Virus record (IMG/VR): IMGVR_UViG_2802429351_000001
Location: 14,591 to 78,590 of that record
Reading direction: 5' to 3' (one strand)
DNA: 64,000 nt
From: a virus
Lineage: Duplodnaviria > Caudoviricetes
In this document: piece after piece, positions 9,943 through 18,966 of the stretch
How positions within the stretch are numbered: the first letter of the stretch is position 1
Layout: each line of letters begins with the position of its first letter
Notes under the pieces: generated by a model
The model's database searches: none
Told to the model about the DNA's origin: nothing
What the model saw: the letters and a program-made list of their open reading frames with translations, nothing else
Made by a program: the position numbers and the translations under genes

Positions 9943-10346
9943 GTAGGGAAAATATGTTTATAGAGATCCTACAAACAATATCTAAAAGATCTACATGCCC
10001 CAGAAAACAAGTTGGGGCTATTTTAGTTAAAGAGAACAGGGTTATAGCTATGGGTTATAATGGGGTATTACCCGGGGTAAAGCCCGAAGAGGGTATAGAC
10101 CATATAACTGGTGTTAGTAAAACCGTACATGCCGAGGCCAATATAATTTCATTTTGTGCTAAACATGGAATAGCAACCGCAGATTCAGAATTATACATAA
10201 CCTTATCACCTTGCGTAAAATGTGCTGAGTTAATAGTTCAAGCCGGTATAAATAAGGTAAATTATATAGAACAGTATAGGGATACTTCTGGCCTAGAATT
10301 ATTAACTAAACAAAATATACAAATATGCCAAGTAAGTTTAAAATAA
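9918..10346 (+). CDS. dCMP deaminase
   Basis: RSTCPRKQVGA, MGYNG, HAEAN, LSPCVKCAELIVQAGI. Confidence 0.92.
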   Translation: MSRTNNRISRENMFIEILQTISKRSTCPRKQVGAILVKENRVIAMGYNGVLPGVKPEEGIDHITGVSKTVHAEANIISFCAKHGIATADSELYITLSPCVKCAELIVQAGINKVNYIEQYRDTSGLELLTKQNIQICQVSLK

Positions 10347-12568
10347 TAAGAACTAAATCTACATTAAAAAGGGTTATTAGATATTGTAAACAAACTGGTT
10401 ATGCTTGTGTCGATTTTGAAACCAATGCTTTACCTATAAACCATCCTTTATTTTACCCAACCGTACTCGGTATCACTTTTCAACCTGGTTCTTCATATGT
10501 ATTACCGCTAGCACACTTTGATTCACCTTTTAAAAAATCTTGGCCAAAACTATTTAAATTATTTTGTAAGGAGGTAATAGAAAATCCTGAAATTATAAAG
10601 GTAGCCCAAAATGCTAAATTTGAATATAAAATATTCTTAAAATATGGTTATGAGATAAAAGGTAGGATATTTGATACCATGTTAGCTAAATATCTTTTAG
10701 ATGAAGAAAAACCAATGGGTTTAAAACCTATGGTAAACAATTTTATACCAGAATACGCAGGATATGAGGAAGATTATGATGGTGCTAAATTACCTTGGGA
10801 TCAAAAACCCTTAAAAGGTTTATCAGAATATTGTGGGTTAGATACTGACCTTACTTTAAGATTAATGTTTTTCTATGAGGATAAACTTATAAAAAATAAT
10901 CTATATTCTTTATTCCGTAATATGTTGATGATGGGTGTTAGGGTATTAGGTGATTCTGAATACGGAGGTATGGATGTAGATATACCTTACCTAGATAACC
11001 TTATTATAGAATATGAGAATTACCTAGAGGAAAATGATAAAAAAATTAGGAATACTAAAACCCTTAATAAATTCCAAAAATGGTTAGATCAAAGCAGGAT
11101 TAATAAATTAATGGACAAGGTTGTTCAGGAAATAGAAGAGGTAGAAGAAGAGGTAGAAGAAATCAAGGCCGAAATAAAAAGGCTAAAGAAAAAGGTTAAG
11201 AAGAAAAAACATAAAGGGGCTTTAGAATTAATACATAAAAATGAGGTTGTATTAAGACGTAAAGAAAAATCTATAAGAACCAGAGAAGATAAAATAGATA
11301 GGTATAGGGCTAGGGAGATGTCTACTAAAACAGAGGTTAAATGTTTAGAACCTATAAACTTTAATTCCTCAAACCAAATGGTGGATTTATTCTTTACATC
11401 ACCCCAAGGTTTTCAATTTGATATTATAAAATACACAGTTGATAAGAAAACTAAAAAAGAAAGTGATAGACCTTCTACAGATGAAGAGGTACTAGAACAA
11501 TTAAAACCTTTAGATAAATCTGGTTTTGTAGAAGGTTTATTAAGACATAGGGAATTAAGTAAACTATATTCTACTTATATAAAAGGTATTCGTGATAAAT
11601 GCATTGATGGTAAAGTACATGCTAGGTTCTTATTAGAGGGGACGGTTACAGGTAGATTAAGTAGTCAAAACCCCAATTTACAAAATATACCTAGGGATAC
11701 AACTGCTAAGGATATAAAGAAAATGTTTGTACCTCCAAAGGGTTATTATCTATTACAATTGGATTATTCACAGGCCGAATTAAGGGTAATGGCTGCACAG
11801 GCCGGGGAAGAAACCATGATCCGGTGGTTTAAAGAAGGAAAAGATATTCACCTTACCACCGCCTTAAAAATGTATAGGCAAGAAGAAAGGTATGATGAAA
11901 TATTTGAGGTATTAGAAAAAGAAGATAAAAAGGACCCAAGGTATACTGAGTGGAAGGTTAGAAGGAAATATGCTAAAACTATTAACTTTGGTATAATATA
12001 TGGACAGGGGGTTCCTAAATTGGCTAACTCATTAGGCTGGACTATAGAGGAGGCTCAAACATTCTTAAATGAATATTTTGATACTTTCCCAAAAATTAGA
12101 GAATTTATCAAGCAACAACATAAAATTGCACACCGGGATGCTTTTGTAAGAAATGTATTTGGTAGAAAACGTAGATTACCTAAAATTGATTCATATGAGA
12201 AATGGGAAGTTGCCGAAGCTGAAAGACAATCGGTGAACGCACCAATCCAAGGGGCTGCTTCAGACTACACCCTATTCTCTTCAATTATAATTTGGGAAGA
12301 AGTAAGGAAAAAAAATATACCTATATATAAACCACAGGTATATACAGTACATGATTCCTTGGGTTATTATGTTAGGGCCGAAGATATACATGATGTAGTT
12401 CCTAAATTAGAAAAGATTTGTGCAAACCCTGAAACTATGGAATGGTTCAATTTTCAAATTGACGATGTTACTATGAAAGTAGATTTTGAGCTAAGTAGTA
12501 TCAGTTGGCAAGCTTTAAAAACTTATGATCCAAAGATTGACTATACTAAACAAATTGGACTATTATAA
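10325..12568 (+). CDS. polA: DNA polymerase family A with 3'-5' exonuclease
   Basis: Exo motifs DFET, QNAKFE, YCGLD; TGRLSSQNPNLQNIP, DYSQAELRV, RKYAKTINFGIIYG (Phe at the 762-equivalent), VNAPIQG, VHDS. Confidence 0.95.
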   Translation: MPSKFKIIRTKSTLKRVIRYCKQTGYACVDFETNALPINHPLFYPTVLGITFQPGSSYVLPLAHFDSPFKKSWPKLFKLFCKEVIENPEIIKVAQNAKFEYKIFLKYGYEIKGRIFDTMLAKYLLDEEKPMGLKPMVNNFIPEYAGYEEDYDGAKLPWDQKPLKGLSEYCGLDTDLTLRLMFFYEDKLIKNNLYSLFRNMLMMGVRVLGDSEYGGMDVDIPYLDNLIIEYENYLEENDKKIRNTKTLNKFQKWLDQSRINKLMDKVVQEIEEVEEEVEEIKAEIKRLKKKVKKKKHKGALELIHKNEVVLRRKEKSIRTREDKIDRYRAREMSTKTEVKCLEPINFNSSNQMVDLFFTSPQGFQFDIIKYTVDKKTKKESDRPSTDEEVLEQLKPLDKSGFVEGLLRHRELSKLYSTYIKGIRDKCIDGKVHARFLLEGTVTGRLSSQNPNLQNIPRDTTAKDIKKMFVPPKGYYLLQLDYSQAELRVMAAQAGEETMIRWFKEGKDIHLTTALKMYRQEERYDEIFEVLEKEDKKDPRYTEWKVRRKYAKTINFGIIYGQGVPKLANSLGWTIEEAQTFLNEYFDTFPKIREFIKQQHKIAHRDAFVRNVFGRKRRLPKIDSYEKWEVAEAERQSVNAPIQGAASDYTLFSSIIIWEEVRKKNIPIYKPQVYTVHDSLGYYVRAEDIHDVVPKLEKICANPETMEWFNFQIDDVTMKVDFELSSISWQALKTYDPKIDYTKQIGLL

Positions 12569-12582
12569 ATCAAATTAAGACA

Positions 12583-13053
12583 ATGAGGAAAAAACTTGAT
12601 AAGTATATTAAAAAATCCGATTTAATGAATATATCATTAAAAGTGGGAGGGGAAAAATTTGCATTTAATCTATATGATGAATTAAGGATAGATGTAAATA
12701 GGATGACCGAAGAAATAAAAGAACAACCAAGTTATTATTCATTCCTTTGTTTATTATTAGTTAAACTAGAAACCTTAGAAGATGATAGGGAGATGGAATT
12801 TGAAAAGGTTAAAGCTGAATTAACCATAAAATACAAAGAGGAGACTGACCCCTTAACACATAAACCCTATAATAATGATGTGGCTAAGGCTAAGGTTATT
12901 GCCAACCCTAAATATAAAGCATACTTTAAAAAATATTCAAAAGCTAAAACCAATAAAGGTATAGTAAAATCTGCGGTAAAAGCTTTTGAACATAGGCAAG
13001 GTTTACTACAAACACTTTCCGCTAATGTTAGAAATGAAAGAAATAACATTTAA
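12583..13053 (+). CDS. uvsY: UvsY-like recombination mediator
   Basis: Coiled-coil protein with AKVIANPKY...KAFEHRQGLLQTLSANVRNE pattern; lies near SSB and RecA genes. Confidence 0.6.
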   Translation: MRKKLDKYIKKSDLMNISLKVGGEKFAFNLYDELRIDVNRMTEEIKEQPSYYSFLCLLLVKLETLEDDREMEFEKVKAELTIKYKEETDPLTHKPYNNDVAKAKVIANPKYKAYFKKYSKAKTNKGIVKSAVKAFEHRQGLLQTLSANVRNERNNI

Positions 13054-13064
13054 AATTCAATATT

Positions 13065-13439
13065 ATGAGAAAAATGGAAATAATGCTTAAAGATGATTTT
13101 GAGGTAGTTGAAGATGGTGCTACTTATATAGTACCTATTTATAAGGCTACCTCAGAAGGTTTAAAAGAGGTTATGGATACCGGTAAAAAGGATGACCCTT
13201 TTCAAAACCAAATTATTAATTTTGTTAGGGCAGAAAATAACCTTAACTCTGCTAACGTAGGTACATTACATGAACACCTTTTAAAGGTTATGATTTATGA
13301 TCTTAAAATAAAGAATCAACATGTAAGGTCAAGGGAAACATATATAGCTATTACCAAAATGGAAGAAGCTTATAATGTTTTGCTTCAAAGGCAAATAGAT
13401 AGGACTGATAGAGAAGTAATAGGAACAACAGAAGAATAA
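13065..13439 (+). CDS. tad1: Tad1-like anti-defence signal sponge
   Basis: C-terminal EHLLKVMIYDL...RETYIAITKMEEAYNVLLQRQIDRTDREVIGT matches the Tad1 pattern as recalled (EDLL...REN.LAITK.EEAL.WL..R...RE.R.V.GT). Confidence 0.7.
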   Translation: MRKMEIMLKDDFEVVEDGATYIVPIYKATSEGLKEVMDTGKKDDPFQNQIINFVRAENNLNSANVGTLHEHLLKVMIYDLKIKNQHVRSRETYIAITKMEEAYNVLLQRQIDRTDREVIGTTEE

Positions 13440-13451
13440 ATATAAATTATT

Positions 13452-14264
13452 ATGGCAGTAAAGAAAAAAAAGAAAGCTACCGTTAAAAGTAAAAAAGGGT
13501 CAGCTAAATCTACAACCAAAAAATCTTTAAGACAAAGGTTAAAAGAAAAAAAGGAAGACCTTAAAAAAAGAGGTCAACATAGTATAATCTTTAGACAAAA
13601 GGATGAAGGTACTTTAAGGGTAAGAATATTACCGGTTGGTGAAGATAACGAATTTGTTCAAGAAGTTATGCAATTCTGGCTAAACAAAGAAGGTTCGGTT
13701 ACTTCACCAGCTTCATTTGGTGAACCTTGTGCTATCTATGAAAAATATCAAGAACTAAAAGATTCCAAAGATGAGGCTGATTTAGAAATTGCTAAAAAAT
13801 TACAACCTAGGAATAAATTCTTAATGCCGGTTCTAGTATATGAAGATCAAAAAGGTAAAAAAGTAGATACCACTAATAGTGGTAAATTACTACAAATTAC
13901 CGGGGGTCTTTACCAGGAGATATTAGATCTTTATTTAGATGAAGATGAATGGGGGGATATGACCGACCCATTAAAAGGGTATGACCTTAAAATAACCAGA
14001 GAAGGTAAAGGTAAAAATGACACCAGCTACACTGTTCAACCTTGTAAGAATAGTAAACTTCCAAAGGAATACCGTAAGGAAATAGATTTAAGAAAATTGG
14101 TAGAAGAAGAAATGGATTCCTATGAAGATACCGAGAAAAAACTTAATTCTTTTATGGGGGCAGCCTTCGATGATGATGATGATGATGACGATGATAAACC
14201 TAAAAAGAAGAAAGGTAAAAAATCCAAAAAGGTAAAAAAGAAAAAAAGAGGTAAAGACATATAA
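13452..14264 (+). CDS. Single-stranded DNA-binding protein (gp32-like)
   Basis: LRVRILP, PASFGEPCAIYE, DMTDPLKGYDLKITREGKGKNDTSYTV; acidic tail followed by a Lys-rich end. Confidence 0.8.
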   Translation: MAVKKKKKATVKSKKGSAKSTTKKSLRQRLKEKKEDLKKRGQHSIIFRQKDEGTLRVRILPVGEDNEFVQEVMQFWLNKEGSVTSPASFGEPCAIYEKYQELKDSKDEADLEIAKKLQPRNKFLMPVLVYEDQKGKKVDTTNSGKLLQITGGLYQEILDLYLDEDEWGDMTDPLKGYDLKITREGKGKNDTSYTVQPCKNSKLPKEYRKEIDLRKLVEEEMDSYEDTEKKLNSFMGAAFDDDDDDDDDKPKKKKGKKSKKVKKKKRGKDI

Positions 14265-14267
14265 TAT

Positions 14268-15401
14268 ATGGCAAAGAAGAAAAAGAAATTAAAGGTATCA
14301 TCTAGATCGGCCCTACGTAAAAAATACGTGGGGTCTGATACCGCTTCTAATATTGTAGTAGCGGCGGAAGATATGCTATGGTTACCAAGTAGGTTTATTG
14401 CCTTAAATGATTTATTGGGTGGGGGGATACCATTCGGTAAAATACTTGAAATATTCGGTGAAGAATCGTCAGGTAAATCCTTATTAGCTTATGATTTTGC
14501 ATATTGTTGCCAAAGGTTAGGGGGTGTAGTAATGTGGAATGATGCTGAACATGCTTTCACTGAATCTTGGGCTTTACAGAATGGTTTGGATTTAGATATG
14601 GTAGAATTGTATACCAATAAATCTATTGAAAACCTAGCTGACTGGGCTATGGATATGGCTATATCAATTAGGCAGGAACTAGTAAATAATGAACCTATAC
14701 TTTTGGTTGTAGATTCTATTGCTGCCATGGATTGTCTTGAGAATTTAGAATCACACCATATTGATGCAAAAGCTGAAATGGGAAATAGAGCTAAGGCTTT
14801 CGATAAATTATTTAGAACCCGAAATAATATTTGGGAAAAATTAGGGGTAGCAGTATTAGCTATCAACCAATTAAGGTCTAAGATAGGGGCATCCCAATTC
14901 CAAGATCCTGATACAACCCCCGGGGGGAAAGCTACAAAGTTCTATGCTTCTCAAAGATTAGGCGTTTATGGTGGTAAACAAATTAAAGGTAAAGTAAGGG
15001 GTCAAGAAGATAGGGTTGGTAGAGAGACTTCTATTAGGGTTAAGAAAAATAAAGTAGCCCCACCTAAACCTACTATCAAAGGAGCTCAGGTTTATTTCAA
15101 CCCAGATTATAAGGAACCCATTGGTTTTAGTAAATATTATGGTTTACCTGATATATTATTAAGGCATGAGGTTTTAACCAAAGCTAAGGGGGCTTCTAAA
15201 TATATGATGGGTGATAAAATGGTAGCTAGAGGAGAACCGAGTTTATTGAAAAAACTTCAAACTGATGATAAGTTTAGAAGTAAAATGATTCGTAAATCTG
15301 GTGTTAATACTATTAGTAGAACAAGGAATAAGATGAAAAAATTAGGGCGTGATATGTTCGATGTTTCAAATTTAACTAAAGAAGATTTACAAAAAGATTA
15401 G
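14268..15401 (+). CDS. recA: RecA/UvsX recombinase
   Basis: LLGGGIPFGKILEIFGEESSGKS, VVDSIAA, INQLRSKIG, TPGGKATKFYASQRL, KNKVAPP. Confidence 0.95.
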   Translation: MAKKKKKLKVSSRSALRKKYVGSDTASNIVVAAEDMLWLPSRFIALNDLLGGGIPFGKILEIFGEESSGKSLLAYDFAYCCQRLGGVVMWNDAEHAFTESWALQNGLDLDMVELYTNKSIENLADWAMDMAISIRQELVNNEPILLVVDSIAAMDCLENLESHHIDAKAEMGNRAKAFDKLFRTRNNIWEKLGVAVLAINQLRSKIGASQFQDPDTTPGGKATKFYASQRLGVYGGKQIKGKVRGQEDRVGRETSIRVKKNKVAPPKPTIKGAQVYFNPDYKEPIGFSKYYGLPDILLRHEVLTKAKGASKYMMGDKMVARGEPSLLKKLQTDDKFRSKMIRKSGVNTISRTRNKMKKLGRDMFDVSNLTKEDLQKD

Positions 15402-15402
15402 T

Positions 15403-16293
15403 ATGGAAAAAAAGAAGTTATTAATTATAGATGGTAATAACCTTTTACATCGTGCTTATCATAAATTTAAGAAATTAAAAAGTAAATCCGGTACCAAAAG
15501 CTCAATGGCTTTTGGTTTTCCGCATATATTAAAATCTCTTATACACCAACAAAAACCAACAGATGTGCTTGTGGTATTTGATGGGGGTAGGCATAAAGAA
15601 AGGTTAAAGGTATTACCTGGATATAAAGATAGGGATAAGAATAGGAAAGATTTCGATATAGATGATTTTGTATCACAACAAAAAGATGTAAAGGAAATTC
15701 TTACTTGTTTAGGTATACCTTATGTATCAAAAAAAGGTTTAGAAGCCGATGATATAATATGGTTATATGCTAGAAAATATAAAAGAAAAGGCTCTGTAGT
15801 TATAGTTTCTACTGATAAGGATTTTAACCAATTACTTTCAAATAGGGTTTCTATCTGGCACCCCTGGAAAAATAAAAGGATAACCCATAAAAACCTAGAA
15901 AAAGAATATGGTTATACACCTGATCAATGTGTAGATTATCTTTCACTGGTTGGTGATGATTCAGATAAAATTCCAGGAGCAAAGGGAATTGGTCATAAAA
16001 CAGCTATAAAATTTATAGAAGAATATGGTTCAATTAATGCTTATAGGTTAGGTAAAGGTGATGAAATGAAAAAATTCACACGTAAACAATCTGAGGAACT
16101 ATTCTACCGAAACCGGACTTTAATAGATATACGCTTTTTTTGTAGGCGTTATTTAAAATTAAAAGAAATCCCTTTAAAATCACCTAAAGGTAAAAATATT
16201 AACAAAAAAGGTTTGTCATTGATTTGTAGGAAATATTCTATCACTACATTCATAGAACCTGCTTTTTTAAAACCCTTTAAACAATTATTATGA
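15403..16293 (+). CDS. 5'-3' exonuclease / flap endonuclease (T4 RNase H-like)
   Basis: IIDGNNLLHRAY, VVFDGG, GLEADDII, STDKDFNQL, LVGDDSDKIPGAKGIGHKTA. Confidence 0.92.
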   Translation: MEKKKLLIIDGNNLLHRAYHKFKKLKSKSGTKSSMAFGFPHILKSLIHQQKPTDVLVVFDGGRHKERLKVLPGYKDRDKNRKDFDIDDFVSQQKDVKEILTCLGIPYVSKKGLEADDIIWLYARKYKRKGSVVIVSTDKDFNQLLSNRVSIWHPWKNKRITHKNLEKEYGYTPDQCVDYLSLVGDDSDKIPGAKGIGHKTAIKFIEEYGSINAYRLGKGDEMKKFTRKQSEELFYRNRTLIDIRFFCRRYLKLKEIPLKSPKGKNINKKGLSLICRKYSITTFIEPAFLKPFKQLL

Positions 16294-16754
16294 AAAAAAT
16301 CTTAAATTACATTTTCACTACAAAGTATTTTGTACAATTTAAAGATAAAAAATTTGTTGTACTGGATTTACTTTATTATTGTTTCTTGGTAGCCATAGCT
16401 ATTGGGGAATATGGGCTAATTCATGCTGTCAAGTATGGATTCCAATATACTTTATTTGAATTTATATACTTTATACCTTTTGTATTTCTAGCCGGTTATT
16501 TTATATTCGTATTTTATATCCCGGGGGTTAAATGGAATAAAGTACCTGAAGCATGGTCTCAATTATATTACTTAAGCAAAATACCCGAGAGCATGAGGAA
16601 TAAAGAAATGGACTTCGAATATGATTTCCTTGCATCAGATTTTGAATACACTTATAAAGTTGCCTGGGATAATAGAAAATTTAAATGGTATAATAGCCTA
16701 CAACCTATTATTATATTAATAGAAGTATTAATAATTTACCTTATATTTAAATAA
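16290..16754 (+). CDS. Hypothetical membrane protein
   Basis: Three hydrophobic segments. Confidence 0.6.
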   Translation: MKKILNYIFTTKYFVQFKDKKFVVLDLLYYCFLVAIAIGEYGLIHAVKYGFQYTLFEFIYFIPFVFLAGYFIFVFYIPGVKWNKVPEAWSQLYYLSKIPESMRNKEMDFEYDFLASDFEYTYKVAWDNRKFKWYNSLQPIIILIEVLIIYLIFK

Positions 16755-16755
16755 T

Positions 16756-17055
16756 ATGGTAATACAGTGGCCTTGGTTATTTAGGAAAATATTACCTAAA
16801 TGGGGTGGTTTTATGATTTTAGGCATAATTTTCTTAGATGATAAAAATAATAAGAAAAGAATAAATCATGAGATGATACATGTACACCAAATGTTGGATA
16901 CATTTATAATACCTTTTTATATTTGGTATTTAATAGAACTAATAACAAAAGGTTATAGACAAATTATATTTGAAAGGGAAGCTTACCAAAGACAAAGTTT
17001 TGAAGATTATCTAGAAAATAGAAAACCTTGGGATTTTATGAAATTTAAACAATAG
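16756..17055 (+). CDS. Small HExxH zinc-metallopeptidase-like protein
   Basis: INHEMIHVHQ motif and downstream FEREAY. Confidence 0.55.
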   Translation: MVIQWPWLFRKILPKWGGFMILGIIFLDDKNNKKRINHEMIHVHQMLDTFIIPFYIWYLIELITKGYRQIIFEREAYQRQSFEDYLENRKPWDFMKFKQ

Positions 17056-17057
17056 TT

Positions 17058-17372
17058 ATGGCAGTAATAAAATTAGAAGAATTTAGTGATGGTTCTACTA
17101 GGGCAATTTTTGAATGTCCTGGTTGTGGGGAAAAACATTACCCAACAATAGCTTTTCAGGGGGGTTGGAAAGGCCCTAAATGGGGATTTAATAATGATCT
17201 GGATAAACCAACCCTAGAACCTTCAATCCTTGTATCAGGTAGAGAAGGTAGAAAGAAAACATTATGTCATTCATATGTCAGGGATGGTGAAATACAATTC
17301 CTAAAAGATTCAACACATAAACTTAGGGGTAAAAAAGTAAAATTAGAAACCATTGAAAATGAAGAAAATTAA
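17058..17372 (+). CDS. DUF6527-like Cys/His metal-binding protein
   Basis: CPGCGEKH, WGFNNDLDKPTLEPSIL, CHSYVRDGEIQFLKDSTH. Confidence 0.6.
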   Translation: MAVIKLEEFSDGSTRAIFECPGCGEKHYPTIAFQGGWKGPKWGFNNDLDKPTLEPSILVSGREGRKKTLCHSYVRDGEIQFLKDSTHKLRGKKVKLETIENEEN

Positions 17373-17374
17373 CT

Positions 17375-18007
17375 ATGAAGAGTAAACAAATATTTATAGC
17401 CGGGCCCTCTGGGTCCGGTAAAACAACTTTGGCCAATTATATTTCTATCCGATATAGAATACCTTTCATAGAAGGTTCTTCAAAACCAATTTGGCCAGAG
17501 TTTAATATAACTTCACACCTAGATATAATAAATAGAAGTGCTAAAGATAAAGATTTTGCGGTAGAGTTTCAAGAAAGGTTATTATATTACAGAACAGAAA
17601 AACTTGAAGGTGTAAAAGAATTTGTAACAGATAGGAGTTTTATAGACAATCTGGTTTATTTTACATTACAGGCTGGACCCCACCTAAACACGGAATCCCA
17701 TAATATTTACATTGAAATGTGTAGGGAATCTATAGAAAAATATGACCCCACTATTTTATTCTTGGATATCAATGATTTAAATATAAATCTGGAAAATGAT
17801 AATATGAGAGTAAATAACCGTTGGTTTCAAGAGGCTACAGGTTCTTTATTTAGAGATTATATTAATAGGAATATAATTTGTAGTAAAGAGTTGATAGTAC
17901 CTATAAATGAATGGGATTGGGAAACTCGTATAAATACTATAGATAAACTTTTTGACCAAACAAAAGAGAACAAATGGAAAAGCATAATAAAAAAGTTAAA
18001 TATATAG
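17375..18007 (+). CDS. P-loop nucleotide (dNMP) kinase-like protein
   Basis: IFIAGPSGSGKTT and FVTDRSFIDNLVY (thymidylate-kinase/AAA_28-like DRS motif). Confidence 0.7.
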   Translation: MKSKQIFIAGPSGSGKTTLANYISIRYRIPFIEGSSKPIWPEFNITSHLDIINRSAKDKDFAVEFQERLLYYRTEKLEGVKEFVTDRSFIDNLVYFTLQAGPHLNTESHNIYIEMCRESIEKYDPTILFLDINDLNINLENDNMRVNNRWFQEATGSLFRDYINRNIICSKELIVPINEWDWETRINTIDKLFDQTKENKWKSIIKKLNI

Positions 18008-18966
18008 CATATTCTGATGTTCACCTAGCTATGTGGAAACAATTCAATGAAGGCTTAAGAAGAACTAAGAATGGTATAGACGTAATAAAAAGAATCAAGG
18101 GCATCGCTAAAGTATTAAAGGCTGATGTCCTTTTTCTTGGTGATTTATTTGATAAAGAAAAAATGATCACAAATCCCCTAATGCATGAAACCTTTCCACA
18201 ATTAAAAAAATACCTGGATTCTAAGGTAATAACCACTTACGCTATAAGTGGTAACCATGACCAAAGTGAAAGCAATACATTTGATAACCATTCACCTAAC
18301 TACATAAACACCTTATCAAAAATTTTTAAGGGATTAAAATGTCTTGATTATAAGGTACAAAAATTTGATGACCATGCGTTGTATGGAATCCCCTACATAA
18401 CACATGATTTGGGTATGGTGGAGTATATTGAAAACTTAAAGATAGATAATTCTAAAGTAAATATACTTATGTTGCATACTACTATGCCTAATGTAAGGGA
18501 TACAGATGGTAGGAAAATGGATAGTTTTATGGATACTAATGATTTTGAAAAAGCTATAGGTAGGTTTGATATAGTTTTGTCGGGACATATACATAAACCT
18601 ATGAGTTTCAAAATAGGTAAAACCCAAGTAGTTCAAATTGGAGCACCTCAACAACAAAGGTTTACAGATAGGAATTGTGATATGGGTTATTGGGTAATTT
18701 ATGAGGATTTTGAAGTTAAATTTATACCTTTTACTAATTACCCAAAGTTTGTTGAAGTAGAACCAGGCCAGGAGAAACCTAAAGGTAAGGATTTTTATGT
18801 TATTGCTAAAAAGAAAAAGGAGGATAAAGAAGTAGATGCAGAAAAGGAAAACTTTGATATAAATCTAAATGGTAGAAAATTGGCAATAAATTATTGTAAG
18901 GAAAAGGGTATCAAGGATAAGAAAAAGAAAATAGCATTAAAGAACGTTCTAAAGAATCTAACATGA
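17974..18966 (+). CDS. sbcD: SbcD/Mre11-like nuclease (gp47-like)
   Basis: SDVHL, LGDLFD, SGNHD, MLH, SGHIHKP metallophosphoesterase motifs. Confidence 0.85.
   Translation: MEKHNKKVKYIAYSDVHLAMWKQFNEGLRRTKNGIDVIKRIKGIAKVLKADVLFLGDLFDKEKMITNPLMHETFPQLKKYLDSKVITTYAISGNHDQSESNTFDNHSPNYINTLSKIFKGLKCLDYKVQKFDDHALYGIPYITHDLGMVEYIENLKIDNSKVNILMLHTTMPNVRDTDGRKMDSFMDTNDFEKAIGRFDIVLSGHIHKPMSFKIGKTQVVQIGAPQQQRFTDRNCDMGYWVIYEDFEVKFIPFTNYPKFVEVEPGQEKPKGKDFYVIAKKKKEDKEVDAEKENFDINLNGRKLAINYCKEKGIKDKKKKIALKNVLKNLT

Noticed and set aside
11050-11340. Polymerase insert as an intein or intron
   Set aside because: The frame is continuous, there are no C/S...HN splice termini and no homing-endonuclease motif.
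13065-13439. Acb2 assignment for the sponge-like ORF
   Set aside because: The sequence fits the Tad1 AITKxEEA...R..R.V.GT pattern, not the Acb2 GYRxL...AIAQP pattern.
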